This document shows, piece after piece, positions 37,015 to 47,250 of a stretch of DNA of 56,042 nt. Source of the stretch: Polyangiales bacterium (GTDB lineage Bacteria > Myxococcota_A > Polyangia > Polyangiales > Ga0077539); NCBI GenBank assembly GCA_046351555.1, contig JAXLYI010000029.1, positions 109,727 through 165,768 of the forward strand, in the 5' to 3' direction. The translations under genes and the position numbers were made by a program. Below the pieces are notes generated by a model, which was not told the DNA's origin, ran no database searches, and worked only from the letters and a program-made list of their open reading frames with translations. Within the stretch, counting starts at the first letter, position 1. The number at the start of each line of letters is the position of its first letter.

Positions 37015-38448
37015 CTACTCCAGCGGCGGGCGCTCGTCCGCGCGCGACGGCAGCGGCGGCTCGGGGAGCAGCCCAGGCGTGCGCGACGTCGTCCCCCGAC
37101 GCGCCGGTCGCGCCAGCGGCGTCGCACGAGCCACCGGCGCACCGCGCGCCGCGACCGCAGGTGCAACCGGCACAACCACGGGCACAACCGGCGCCGCGTC
37201 CGCCACCACCTGAACCGCCGCGGGCGCCACCGTCACCGCCGGCTCCGCGCGCGCCGGCACCGCGGCCGCCCGCAGCGCCCCCGCGACACGCGCGGTCGGC
37301 GCGGGCGCGCGCCCGAGCACGAACGCCGTCGCCGCCGCGACCACCGCCCCCGCCACCACCGCGACCGCCACGGCCGCGCGCCGCCCCTTCGGCGTCGCCG
37401 GCGGCGCGTCGGGGAGCACCACCGCGGAGATCGTCCCCGCCCCCTGCGGCGCGGGCGCCTGCACCGGCGCCACCGCCGGCGCCGCGCGCTCCCGCGTCGG
37501 CTCGTCGCGCGCCGCCGTCCACGCGCGGTCGGCCTCGGCCGCCGTCGCCTCCAGCGCGTCGAGCAGCGCGCGGGCGTCGGGGTAGCGGTCGTTGGGGTGG
37601 AGCGCGAGGGCGCGGGCGAGCACCGACTCCCAGGGCCCGACGTCGACCCCGAAGCGCCCCGGCGTCGGCCGCGCCGAGGCCATCGCCTGCGCGGTGAGCT
37701 GGAGCTTGTCGCCGTCGTAGGGCGCCCGGTCGGTGAGCACCTCGGTGAAGAGCAGCCCGAGCGCGTGCACGTCCGTCCAGGGGCCCGAGCGCATGCGGCT
37801 CACCTGCTCGGGCGCGGCGTAGCGCGGGGAGAAGGCCGGCAGCGCCGAGTGGGTCAGCGTCTGGCCGCTGGTGGCGGTCTCGTCGCCGCCCATCACCTTC
37901 GCGATGCCGAAATCGAGCAGGCGCGCCTCGACGCCCCGGCGGCCGCGCGCGTGCGGGAGCATCACGTTGCCGGGCTTCACGTCGCGGTGGGCGACGCCGG
38001 CCTCGTGCGCCTCGGCGAGCGCCTCGGCCACGGGCCCGAGCAGGCTCAGGGCCTCCGCGGGCGAGCGCCCCCCGCGGCCGCGGCGCGCGTCGAGGTCGCG
38101 CGCGAGCGTGGCGCCGTCGATCCAGTCGAGCGCCATCCAGGGCGCGTCGAGCCCCGGGGCGTAGGCCACCGCGCCGAAGTCCACCGCGCGAACCACCGCC
38201 GGGTGCGTCAGCGCCGCGACGATCCGCGCCTCGTTGAGGAACATCTGCACGAAGGCCCGCCGCGCCCCCTCGCCGAGCTCCGGCGGCACGCGCAGCACCT
38301 TGAGCGCGACGGCGCTGCCGAGCACGAGGTGGCGCCCGCGGTACACCACGCCGAAGCCGCCCGCGGCCGCCACGGCCTCGACCGCGTACTTGCCGTCGAT
38401 CGCGGTGCCGACCAGGCCGAACTCGTCGCTGTAGGGCGTCCCTCCCAT
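37015..38448 (-). CDS. Ser/Thr protein kinase (Hanks-type) with a C-terminal TM and a Pro/Ala-rich tail
   Basis: Motifs GGFGVVYRG, VALK, HRDVKPGNVML, DFGIAK, APEQ. Confidence 0.85.
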   Translation of the reverse strand: MGGTPYSDEFGLVGTAIDGKYAVEAVAAAGGFGVVYRGRHLVLGSAVALKVLRVPPELGEGARRAFVQMFLNEARIVAALTHPAVVRAVDFGAVAYAPGLDAPWMALDWIDGATLARDLDARRGRGGRSPAEALSLLGPVAEALAEAHEAGVAHRDVKPGNVMLPHARGRRGVEARLLDFGIAKVMGGDETATSGQTLTHSALPAFSPRYAAPEQVSRMRSGPWTDVHALGLLFTEVLTDRAPYDGDKLQLTAQAMASARPTPGRFGVDVGPWESVLARALALHPNDRYPDARALLDALEATAAEADRAWTAARDEPTRERAAPAVAPVQAPAPQGAGTISAVVLPDAPPATPKGRRAAVAVAVVAGAVVAAATAFVLGRAPAPTARVAGALRAAAVPARAEPAVTVAPAAVQVVADAAPVVPVVVPVAPAVAARGAPVARATPLARPARRGTTSRTPGLLPEPPLPSRADERPPLE

Positions 38449-38526
38449 CGCGCGGCATCAGAGCGCAGCGGCGCCGCGACGTCAAGACAGCGCGCCCTTG
38501 CTGCGCCCCCCAGGATCCCCTAGACG

Positions 38527-41085
38527 TTGTCGGCGGCGCTGCCCTGCGCCGCACCCCCGATGCCGACCGACGCCACCCCCGACGACGCCGACGCCCCCGC
38601 CGGGCTGCTCCCGCGGGCCGCCGGCGCCGCCGTGCTCGCGGTGGCCCTCGCCTTCCTCGCGGCGTGGCTCGCGGGCTCGGCCGCGTGGGCGGGGCCGCGG
38701 ATGAAGACCAACACCGCGCTCTCGCTCGCGCTCCTCGGCGCGGCGCTCCTCCTGCGGGCCTCGGGCGCGCGGGGCTCGCGCCGCGACCGCGCCGGCTGCG
38801 CCCTCGCCGCCCTCGCCGCGGCCGTCGGCGCCGCCTCGCTCGCAGAGTACGCCCTCGGCGTCGACCTCGGCATCGACCAGCTCCTCGCGCGCGACGCGAT
38901 CGTCCCGGAGAGCGCGCGCTTCCCCAACCGCATGTCGCCCAACGCCGCGCTCGGGCTCGCGCTCGCCGGCGTCGCGCTGGCCGCCTCGCGCGGCCGCCGC
39001 GCCGCGTGGGCGGTGGCCGCGCAGGTGGCCGACGGCGCGGTGCTCCTCGTCGGGCTCGCGGCGCTGCTCGGGTACCTCTACGGCGCGCGGATGCTCTACC
39101 AGCCGACGTCGTACATCCGCATGTCGCCCTTCACCGCGGGGGCCCTCGCCCTGCTGGGCGTCGGCACCCTCGCGCTGCGGCCCGGGCTCGGCGTGGCGCG
39201 GCTGCTGACGAGCGGCGAGGCGGCGGGCTTCGTCGCGCGGCGGCTCCTCGCGTTGAGCGTGGCGGCGCCGGTGCTGTTCGGGTGGCTCTGGCTCGAGGCC
39301 CAGCGGCGCGCGCTCTACGGCGCCGCCGAGGGGGCGGCGCTGATGGTCATCGGGGTGGTGGGCGCCTTCGGCGGCGTGGTGCTGCTGCTCGCGTACGCGG
39401 TCGACCTGGCCGACGCGCGGCGCCGGCTCATCGAGGCCGACCTGCGGCTGAGCAACGACCTCGCCTCCGAGCTCGCGCGCGCCTCGGCCGTCGGCGAGGT
39501 GGTGGCCGCGGCCCTGCGCCACGCCCCCGCCGCGCTCGACACCACCTTCGCGAGCGTGCTCCTGCGGGAGGGGCAGCGCCTCGAGCACGCCGCCAGCGCG
39601 GGCTACGCGCCCGAGGAGGTGCGGTCGTTCCCGGGGCTGCCGCTCGACGTCGACTACCCGGCGACGGTGGCGCAGCGCGCGGGGGCGCCGGTGTTCGTCG
39701 GGTCGCGGGTCGAGCTGCTGCGGCGGTTCCCGGTGATGGCCGGGGCGCCGCTCGGGCGCCGCGAGGCGTGGGCCGCGCTGCCGCTCAAGGGCCGCGAGGA
39801 GACGCGGGGCGTGCTGTGGCTCGGCTACGACACCCCGCGCGCCTTCGACGCCGCCGAGCGCGAGCGGATGGAGCGCGTCGCGTCGTCCCTGGGCCTCGCC
39901 CTCGACCGCGCGATGCTCCACGAGTCCGAGCAGCGCGCGCGGGCGCGGGCCGAGGAGGCGAGCCGGACGAAGGACGAGTTCCTCGCGCTGCTCGGGCACG
40001 AGCTGCGCAACCCGCTGGCGCCGATCGCGACGTCGCTCCAGCTCATGAAGCTGCGCTCGCCCGACGCCTTCGAGCGCGAGCGCGCCGTCATCGAGCGCCA
40101 GGTCGAGCACATGACCCGCCTCGTCGGCGACCTCCTCGACGTCGCCCGCATCACCCGCGGCAAGGTGGAGCTCAAGCTCCAGCGCGTCGAGCTCGGCGAG
40201 GTGTTCGCCGGCGCGGTGGAGACGGCCTCCGCGCTGCTCGAGGAGAAGCGCCACCGGCTCCACGCCGCCGTCCCCGCGCGCGGGCTCCCGGTGATGGCCG
40301 ACGCGCACCGGCTCGCGCAGGTGATCTCCAACCTCCTCACCAACGCCGCGAAGTACACCGACCCCGGCGGGCTTGTCACCGTCACCGCCGCGCGCGACGG
40401 CGACGACGTCGTCCTCTCCGTCAAGGACAACGGGATGGGCATCCCGGCCGCGCTCCTGCCGCGGGTGTTCGAGCAGTTCGTGCAGGGCGAGCGCACGCTC
40501 GACCGCTCGCGCGGCGGCCTCGGGCTCGGGCTCTCCATCGCCCGCTCGCTCGTCGAGCAGCACGGCGGCGCCATCTCCGCCCGCAGCGAGGGCCCGCGCC
40601 AGGGGAGCGAGTTCGTCGTCCGCCTGCCGCTCGACCTGTCGCGCCCGATCACCGACATCCGCCCGCCGCCCGCGCCGCCGCCCCCGGCCCCGGGCGTCAC
40701 CCGCGCGCGCGTGCTCGTGGTCGACGACAACCTCGACGCCGCCGACCTCTTCGCCGAGGCCCTCCGCGCCGACGGCCACGACGTCCGAGCGGCCTACGAC
40801 GGCCCCGGCGGGCTCCAGGCGGCCGACGGGTTCGCCCCCGAGGTGGCCTTCGTCGACATCGGGCTCCCGGTGATGGACGGCTACGAGCTCGCCCGCCGCC
40901 TGCGCGAGGCCCCGACGGGCCCGCGGCTCTTCCTCGTCGCCATCACGGGCTACGGCCAGGACTCCGACCGCGAGCGCAGCCGCGCCGCGGGCTTCGACCT
41001 CCACCTCGTGAAGCCCGTCGACCTCGACCGCGTCCTCGCCATCGCCGCCGGCCGCGAGCGCGCCTCGAAGCCCGCGCCCGCGTAG
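38527..41085 (+). CDS. hybrid sensor histidine kinase (membrane sensor + GAF-like + HisKA + HATPase + receiver)
   Basis: H-box LGHELRNPL. N-box LLTNAAKYT. G-boxes DNGMGI, GGLGLGLSI. Receiver domain VLVVDDN...D...LVKP. Confidence 0.85.
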   Translation: MSAALPCAAPPMPTDATPDDADAPAGLLPRAAGAAVLAVALAFLAAWLAGSAAWAGPRMKTNTALSLALLGAALLLRASGARGSRRDRAGCALAALAAAVGAASLAEYALGVDLGIDQLLARDAIVPESARFPNRMSPNAALGLALAGVALAASRGRRAAWAVAAQVADGAVLLVGLAALLGYLYGARMLYQPTSYIRMSPFTAGALALLGVGTLALRPGLGVARLLTSGEAAGFVARRLLALSVAAPVLFGWLWLEAQRRALYGAAEGAALMVIGVVGAFGGVVLLLAYAVDLADARRRLIEADLRLSNDLASELARASAVGEVVAAALRHAPAALDTTFASVLLREGQRLEHAASAGYAPEEVRSFPGLPLDVDYPATVAQRAGAPVFVGSRVELLRRFPVMAGAPLGRREAWAALPLKGREETRGVLWLGYDTPRAFDAAERERMERVASSLGLALDRAMLHESEQRARARAEEASRTKDEFLALLGHELRNPLAPIATSLQLMKLRSPDAFERERAVIERQVEHMTRLVGDLLDVARITRGKVELKLQRVELGEVFAGAVETASALLEEKRHRLHAAVPARGLPVMADAHRLAQVISNLLTNAAKYTDPGGLVTVTAARDGDDVVLSVKDNGMGIPAALLPRVFEQFVQGERTLDRSRGGLGLGLSIARSLVEQHGGAISARSEGPRQGSEFVVRLPLDLSRPITDIRPPPAPPPPAPGVTRARVLVVDDNLDAADLFAEALRADGHDVRAAYDGPGGLQAADGFAPEVAFVDIGLPVMDGYELARRLREAPTGPRLFLVAITGYGQDSDRERSRAAGFDLHLVKPVDLDRVLAIAAGRERASKPAPA

Positions 41086-41089
41086 CGCG

Positions 41090-41883
41090 CTACGGGTCGC
41101 GCTGCCCGACGAGGTCGGCCGCGCCGCGCGGCAGGAGCTTCGGGTTGTAGAAGTACGTCACCACGCCGGTGACCCGATCCCAGTGCGTTCCTCGACGCGC
41201 GCCCGTGAGCGGCGCGAGCTGCGGCGCGAGCGTCACCGCCCCCGTGAGCGCGAGCTCGCCGAAGCGCGGGTCGGGGTCGCCCGAGGCGGTGACGTCGGCC
41301 ACGGTCACCAGCACGCCCATCAGCTCGCGGTAGTGGGCGTTGATCTCGTCGAGCGTCACCGGGACGGGCGCCTGCGGCGGCGCCACGCCCACGCGCCGCA
41401 GCGTCGCGTACGAGGCCTGCGGGAGGAAGTCCCCCTGCGGAAACGGCGACCCGCACGTCGCGCAGACGAACTCCGCGTACCCGCCGCCCACGATGTCGAC
41501 GAGGTCGCCCACCGACGGCCGATACCCCGACGGCGAGAACGACGGCGAGAACATCGACAGCGCGCACACCCGCCCCCGCCCGTCGGGGAGCAGCGGGCAC
41601 GGTGCGAAGCGGTCGTCGGAGGCGCCGACGGGCGTCACCTCCTGGGCCCACACGGTGCCGGTGCGGCCGGTGCCGGTCTCGTCGTAGGCGTCGATGGCGG
41701 TCACCGTCACGGCGCGGACGTCGAGGGGCGCTCCCTCCGCGGGCGCGGGCATCCGCTCGCGCACCCGGCGCAGCGTGGTCGCGCCGACGGGCGCCGCGGG
41801 CTGGTCGCAGGCGAGGTCGGGCTCGTCGCAGTGGGCGAGGGGCGTCGGGTCGCACGCCGCGAGGGCCAGCACGAACGGGAGCA
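41090..41883 (-). CDS. hypothetical lipoprotein
   Basis: Signal MLPFVLALAACDP; coding-like. Confidence 0.5.
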
Positions 41884-41910
41884 TTGGGCGCACGCGCCGC
41901 GACCGTACCA

Positions 41911-42753
41911 CTACCGGGGCTTCGCGGGCGCCTCTTCGGCGTAGAGCACGCGGTCGGCGCGGAGCACGCGGACGCCGTGGGCCCCGCGCTGCCCGGTGGC
42001 GAGGTGGAGGTAGGGAGGCGACCAGCGCTCGACGCGGGCCACGAGGGTGGCCGGCTCGTGCCCCGGCGTCCGCACGAGCATCGAGAGCGCGCGGCGACCG
42101 CCCTGCGCGCGGGCGAAGAGCTCTTCGAACGCGGTTCGAACGCGGACGGGGCCCTCCTGGCCGACGCGCACCTCCCAGAGGTCGCGCGCCGAGGCGGGCC
42201 GGAGCACGCGGCCCACGTGGGCGAAGAGGTCGCGGACGCCGGCGACGTCCTCGCCCGCGCGGTGCCAGCGGCGCGCCGGGAGCCCGAGCTTCGCGGCGAG
42301 CGACGAGAGCCCGTACGCCTTCGTGTGCACCACGCGCCGCGCGAGGAGCACCGTGTCGAGCACGTGCCCGAGGAGCGCGCGTCCCGCGATTGCCCCGTAT
42401 GCGAGGTTGAGGAAGTCGACGTCGAGCGCGGCGCCGTGCATGACGGGGACGGCCCCGTCGAGGAGCTCGGCGACGCGCGGGGCGACGTCGGCGAACGCGG
42501 GCGCGTCGGCGAGCTGCTCGGGGGCGATGCCGTGGAGCGCGAGGGCGGCGGGGTTGGAGGGGACGTCGGTGCGGACGAGCGACGCGAACGCCCCCGCGAC
42601 GCGCTCGCCCTCGACGCGGGTGACGGCGACCTCGACGAGCGCGTCGCGCGCGGGGTCGGGGCCGGTCATCTCGCAGTCGAGGAAGGCGAAGGGGCAGCGC
42701 GCGAAGGCGGTGTCCCAGGGCGCACCGGGCGGCGGGTCGTCGGGGTGGATCAC
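41911..42753 (-). CDS. DnaQ-like 3'-5' exonuclease
   Basis: Exo I FLDCEMTG, Exo II-like, Exo III HRAGEDVAGVRDLF. GTG start assumed. Confidence 0.6.
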   Translation of the reverse strand: MIHPDDPPPGAPWDTAFARCPFAFLDCEMTGPDPARDALVEVAVTRVEGERVAGAFASLVRTDVPSNPAALALHGIAPEQLADAPAFADVAPRVAELLDGAVPVMHGAALDVDFLNLAYGAIAGRALLGHVLDTVLLARRVVHTKAYGLSSLAAKLGLPARRWHRAGEDVAGVRDLFAHVGRVLRPASARDLWEVRVGQEGPVRVRTAFEELFARAQGGRRALSMLVRTPGHEPATLVARVERWSPPYLHLATGQRGAHGVRVLRADRVLYAEEAPAKPR

Positions 42754-42853
42754 GCGGAGGGGGCGCAGGGTAGCGCGCCGGAGGCCCGCGGGTGAATGGG
42801 GTGCCGCAGCCCAGCGCCCACAGCCCGCTGCCCGCAGTCCGCCGCCCGCTGCT

Positions 42854-42896
42854 GGCGCCACTCCCCTCTCCAGCACGCGCTTCGGGTAACCCGCCG
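42854..42896 (-). promoter_or_regulatory. copy 1 of the recurrent ~40-nt motif (…GCGTGCTGGAGAGGGGAGTGGCGCC), minus orientation, ~100-120 bp upstream of the exonuclease start
   Basis: Reverse complement is cggcgggttacccgaagcgcgtgctggagaggggagtggcgcc. Confidence 0.5.
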
Positions 42897-42964
42897 TGAG
42901 GCTCGGCGAACGGCGGGGCCGTCGCTCGCCCACGGTCCACGACGGTTGCGGTAGTCTCCTCGTC

Positions 42965-43552
42965 GTGAGCGTCGTCCCGACCACCGCACCGAAGCGCCTC
43001 CGCACCTTCCGCGACATCATCGACGCACTGCCCGAGCACATGACCGGGCAGGTGATCGCCGGTCGCCTGGTGGTCATGCCACGTCCGGCGCCGCCCCACG
43101 TCGCGGCGGCGAGCGCGCTGATCCAGATCGTCGGTCCGCCCTACCAGTTCGGTTGGAATGGCCCCGGCGGCTGGTGGATCCAGTCGGAGCCGGAGCTTGT
43201 GCTCGGCATCGACCCGGACTTCGAGCCGCTCGACCCCGATCTCGTCGGGTGGCGCCGCGATCGGATGCCGCACCTGCCGGAGACCGCCGCGTTCGACGTG
43301 GTGCCCGACTGGGTGTGCGAGGTGCTCTCGCCCTCCACCGAGGTGATGGACCGCGCCGACAAGATGCCCTTCTACGCGCGCGCCGGCATCCCCCACGCGT
43401 GGCTCGTCGACCCGAAGGAACGCACCCTCGAAGCCTTCCGCCGCGACGGCGGGGTGTATCGACCCGTCGGCACGTGGCGCGGCGACGTGCGCGTGCGGGT
43501 CGAGCCCTTCGACGCGCTGGAGCTCGACCTCGCCCTCCTCTGGGCGCGCTGA
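42965..43552 (+). CDS. Uma2-family (DUF820) PD-(D/E)XK endonuclease
   Basis: Canonical Uma2 core PDWVCEVLSPSTEVMDRADKMPFYARAGIPHAWLVDP...LEAFRR. Confidence 0.7.
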   Translation: MSVVPTTAPKRLRTFRDIIDALPEHMTGQVIAGRLVVMPRPAPPHVAAASALIQIVGPPYQFGWNGPGGWWIQSEPELVLGIDPDFEPLDPDLVGWRRDRMPHLPETAAFDVVPDWVCEVLSPSTEVMDRADKMPFYARAGIPHAWLVDPKERTLEAFRRDGGVYRPVGTWRGDVRVRVEPFDALELDLALLWAR

Positions 43553-43594
43553 CCTCGCGCGAGTCGGAGGTCGCGGTTTCGCACGCGAACGTCG

Positions 43595-45454
43595 CTACGG
43601 CACCGGCATCTCGAACTGGACGCAGTAGTTCCGCTGGTCGCTGTGGAAGGTGAGCTCGGCCTCGCCCGTCGCGCCCATCCACGGACGGGAGAGCGTGACG
43701 GCGCCGTCGGTGCGGGCGGTCACGATCGTCTCCCCCGTGAGCCCGACCCCTTCGACGAGGTCGCGCACGCCGCGGGCCGCGAAGGCCGTCGCCGCGACGC
43801 CCGTGACCATCGTCGACCCGCGCGTCACCCGCGCGCGAATCACCGCGCGGTCGGAGCCCACGTACGGGTCGCTGTCGCGGAGCTGCCCCCGCCGCCCGGT
43901 GCTCGGCCCGCCCGCGTAGCCCGCGACGTCCTGGGTCATCGCGTAGCGCACGGACAGCCCGGTGCCGCGGGGCGCGGCGGCGAGGGTGATGGCGACGCTC
44001 GCCCCCATGATCTGCACGCCGGTGATGCGCAGGCGGCCGGTGCTGTCCTCCACCTCGAAGCCTCGGCCCATCGCCCACTCGGTGTAGGCGCTCTGGTGCG
44101 GCGCGGTGATGGACGTGTCCCAGGCGAGCGGCGCGACGGGCACGTCCATGTCCAGCGTGATCACCGCGCCCGCGCGCCGCGCCGCCCGCGGCTGCAGCGG
44201 CCGCCAGGGGTTGCCGCGCACCACCACCTCGTAGAACACCTGCGCGTACTTGATGCCGAGCCGCGCGTACCCGTAGGCGTCGAAGTGGACCGCGTCGGAG
44301 TACACGTACTGGTACTTCGGCCCGACGCACACCACCTCGCCGGGGTGGTCGACGCCGACGCGCCACTGCGCCTGCGTGGAGAGCGAGCGCGTCCCCATGG
44401 TGTTGGGGAAGGAGGCCTGCTGCGAGACGAACATCACCACCCGCTCGCGCTGCCCCGTGACGGCGCGGAGCTCGCGGTCGTAGTCCGTCCAGAGGCGGTA
44501 GAGGTCGGCCTCGTAGGTGGCGCGGGCGGTGTCGGTCTCGCCGTGCGTCACGATCACGCCGCGGTAGGCGAAGGGGACGCCGGCGGCGCGCGCGAGCGAG
44601 GTGACGGCGCGGGCCTCGTAGAGCGAGGCGGCGAAGGCGCGCCCGGTGCCGTTGCGCTCGATGCGGGTGATGCTCTGGCCGCTCTCGCCGACCACCGAGT
44701 GGACGGTGACGTAGTCCTCGCCGAGGGCCGCGCGCACGCGGGCGGTGAGGTCGTTGGCCATCGCGGCGTGCGGGGTCTCGCCGTAGATGTTGTTGGGGTA
44801 GAGCGGCCCCGCGGGGTACGGGGGCGTCGGGTAGCGCGGACGGATGGGTTCGACCAGCGGGCCGAGGGAGAGCGCGTCGCCCACCCCGTCGTAGAGAGGG
44901 GCGCTGCCGGTGTCGCGGAGGACGCGGTTGTTGTAGGGCTGCGTCGTGTGAATGGGGCGCGCGGCCGTCGCGCCGACCGAGAGGCTCTGCCCCGTACCGA
45001 CGATGCCGATCCAGGCGCGCGCGGGGCGGACGCTCGCGTCGGGGGCGACGTCGGGGGCGACGTCGGGGGCGACGTCGGGGGCGGCGTCGGCCCGGGCGTC
45101 ACCGACCGCGTCGGGGGCGGTGTCGAGGGGAACGTCGAGCGTCGCGTCCGGGGGGGAGGCGACGTCGACGATGTCGGCCGTGTCGGGGGCAGCGTCCGCT
45201 TCGTCCGCGACGTCGGCCGTGATGGAGGCGTCAGGTCCGTCGACGTGATCGCCCGCCACGTCCTCGATGGGGGCGACGTCCTCGACGGGGGCGACGTCCT
45301 CGACGGGGGCGACGTCCTCGATGGGGGCGACGTCGGCGACGTCGGCGCCGGCTTCGAGGCGGTCTTCGGCGGCGTCGACGGGCACATCGCTCGGGCCTTC
45401 CGAGCACGCGACGAGGAGGCCGACGATCCAGACGTGGGCGAGCGGGTGGCGCAT
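43595..45454 (-). CDS. SGNH/DUF303-type carbohydrate esterase lipoprotein (sialate-O-acetylesterase-like)
   Basis: Signal MRHPLAHVWIVGLLVACSEG. D/V/A/P-rich linker. GTGQSLSVG resembles the GQSN catalytic Ser block. Confidence 0.55.
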   Translation of the reverse strand: MRHPLAHVWIVGLLVACSEGPSDVPVDAAEDRLEAGADVADVAPIEDVAPVEDVAPVEDVAPIEDVAGDHVDGPDASITADVADEADAAPDTADIVDVASPPDATLDVPLDTAPDAVGDARADAAPDVAPDVAPDVAPDASVRPARAWIGIVGTGQSLSVGATAARPIHTTQPYNNRVLRDTGSAPLYDGVGDALSLGPLVEPIRPRYPTPPYPAGPLYPNNIYGETPHAAMANDLTARVRAALGEDYVTVHSVVGESGQSITRIERNGTGRAFAASLYEARAVTSLARAAGVPFAYRGVIVTHGETDTARATYEADLYRLWTDYDRELRAVTGQRERVVMFVSQQASFPNTMGTRSLSTQAQWRVGVDHPGEVVCVGPKYQYVYSDAVHFDAYGYARLGIKYAQVFYEVVVRGNPWRPLQPRAARRAGAVITLDMDVPVAPLAWDTSITAPHQSAYTEWAMGRGFEVEDSTGRLRITGVQIMGASVAITLAAAPRGTGLSVRYAMTQDVAGYAGGPSTGRRGQLRDSDPYVGSDRAVIRARVTRGSTMVTGVAATAFAARGVRDLVEGVGLTGETIVTARTDGAVTLSRPWMGATGEAELTFHSDQRNYCVQFEMPVP

Positions 45455-45563
45455 GGCCTACGCTATCCGGACCGGCTGCCGGTGGGGAGGAGGATCGGCG
45501 GCGGGCGGCGGTCGCCTCAGCTCCGCGCCCAGACTGGCGCGACAGGCTCACCAGGGCGCTCCG

Positions 45564-45606
45564 CGTCGGCGTGAACCTTACGCGTGCTGGAGGGGGGAGT
45601 GGCGCC
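45564..45606 (+). promoter_or_regulatory. copy 2 of the recurrent motif, plus orientation, ~100 bp upstream of the PQQ-propeller gene
   Basis: cgtcggcgtgaaccttacgcgtgctggaggggggagtggcgcc. Confidence 0.5.
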
Positions 45607-45707
45607 GGCAGCGGGCGGCGATGCGGCGGGCTCGCGGTGGCGTGGTGCGCGCGAGGGGCCTGGCGACGCCGGTGCCGACCGGACACGCGCGGGGTACGAT
45701 CGCGCCC

Positions 45708-47222
45708 ATGAGGCGGCCCTCCCGCGCAGTGCGTTCGGTGCTCAGCGTCGCTGCCTGCGCGCTCATCGCGGCGGGGGCGTACGGCGCCCGCGTGGCGCGC
45801 CGGCCCGCGCGACCCGCGACCGTCCCGTCGCGACCTCCACCCACCGCGCCGCCGTCGGTGGGCCTCCGCGGCGTCTGGCAGCGCCAGCTCCCCTTCAACG
45901 GCGACGTGACGGTCGCCGCCGGGCGCTGGGTGGTCGTCGAGGGCGTGGACGACTACGCCGTCCTCGACGCGGAGACGGGCCGCGTCGCGTTCCCCTGGCG
46001 GTCGTTGCCGGCGCGCCGGCAATTCGTCGTCGGGGAGGGGCCAAGGCCGATCGGGCGGCTGCTCCACGCCACGCCGCAGGGCCTCCGCGCGGTGGACCTG
46101 GACACCGGCGCGACCCGCTGGGAGGTCGCGCGGGACTGGAGCCGCGCGCGGTGGCCCGCGCATTTTGCGGCGACCGGCGGGCTCATCCTGACGTGCGACG
46201 CGGACTCCGTCACCGCGCTCGACAACCGAACCGGCGCGACGCGCTGGACCGCCACCGCGCCCGGCTGCGTCTCCCTCCTGGTCGAGGCGGGCCGCGCGTA
46301 CGTCCACACCGGAGACGCGCTCACCGCCCTCGACGCGCGCTCGGGACGGCGGCTCTGGACGGCCCGCGCCCGGCATCAGGGGCTCGACCTCCGCGAGGCC
46401 GTGGCGGCGTCGAACGGCCGCGTGGCGACGTGGACGCACCACCCCCGTGGCGTGGAGCTCGCCCCGTTCCTCGACGACTTCGACGGCGCCACGGGGCGAC
46501 GGCGGTACGCGTTGGACCTGGACTCGCTCGGGCTGCGCCGGGACGACGACGAGGCGAGGATCACCGCCCGCGACGACCTGCTGCTGCTCGACGCACGCGG
46601 GGCCAACTCACTCGCACACGACGTGCTCATGGTCTCCCGGGACACCGGCGAGGTCCGCTGGCGCGCACAGCGCGCTTGGAGAGGCGACTACACGCTCACC
46701 GACGACGCGCTCTACGCCTACAGCGAGTCCCACCGCATGCTGCTCACCATCGACCCCCGCTCGGGACGCGAGCGCGGGCGCCAGAGCGCGAGGGTCGACT
46801 ACCCGTACGCAACGCTGGTGCCCGTGCGAGATGCGCCGTCCGTTCGCGTCGTGGAGGTCCGCAGCGGCTGGCTTGGAGGCACCACCGTCACGGCCCTCGC
46901 GGCGGCGACGGCGTTGCCCGTCGAGGAGGTGCACATCGAGGGGAGGCGGGCGTGGGACGCCGCGGGAGACGCCCGCTGCGACGCGCGAGGGCGTGTGCGG
47001 GTCGGCGGCGAGGTGTTCTCGACGGACGGCCGCGGGCGCTTCTCCGCGACCGTGCAGGCGCGGGGGTCGGTCGCCGTCGAGTGGCTCACCGACGACGACG
47101 CGGACGTGGGGGGCGCGACGCCGCGGTGCCTCTCGCCCGAGCCGGTGACGGTCTGGCTCGACGGCCGACGCGGGCCCTACGACGTGACGCTGCCGGTCGA
47201 TCGCTCGGGGGCCATCTGGTGA
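45708..47222 (+). CDS. PQQ-like beta-propeller repeat protein (BamB-like)
   Basis: Signal MRRPSRAVRSVLSVAACALIAAG. Repeats AVDLDTGATRWE, ALDNRTGATRWT, ALDARSGRRLWT. Confidence 0.7.
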   Translation: MRRPSRAVRSVLSVAACALIAAGAYGARVARRPARPATVPSRPPPTAPPSVGLRGVWQRQLPFNGDVTVAAGRWVVVEGVDDYAVLDAETGRVAFPWRSLPARRQFVVGEGPRPIGRLLHATPQGLRAVDLDTGATRWEVARDWSRARWPAHFAATGGLILTCDADSVTALDNRTGATRWTATAPGCVSLLVEAGRAYVHTGDALTALDARSGRRLWTARARHQGLDLREAVAASNGRVATWTHHPRGVELAPFLDDFDGATGRRRYALDLDSLGLRRDDDEARITARDDLLLLDARGANSLAHDVLMVSRDTGEVRWRAQRAWRGDYTLTDDALYAYSESHRMLLTIDPRSGRERGRQSARVDYPYATLVPVRDAPSVRVVEVRSGWLGGTTVTALAAATALPVEEVHIEGRRAWDAAGDARCDARGRVRVGGEVFSTDGRGRFSATVQARGSVAVEWLTDDDADVGGATPRCLSPEPVTVWLDGRRGPYDVTLPVDRSGAIW

Positions 47223-47250
47223 CGCCCCGCGCGCGGCGGTGACGCGCCCC

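Noticed and set aside
36121-38523. 800-aa plus-strand ORF antisense to the Ser/Thr kinase operon
   Set aside because: No motifs; the kinase frame is unambiguous.
38482-41004. 840-aa minus-strand ORF antisense to the hybrid histidine kinase, and the 38664..41150 plus-strand alternative frame
   Set aside because: R/G/E-rich and no domains. The histidine kinase frame carries all H/N/G-box motifs.
45596-45612. Sigma-54 (-24 GG / -12 GC) reading of the recurrent motif (TGGCGCC...GC)
   Set aside because: The GG-to-GC spacing is off by 1-2 nt in all copies relative to the strict TGGCAC-N5-TTGC geometry.
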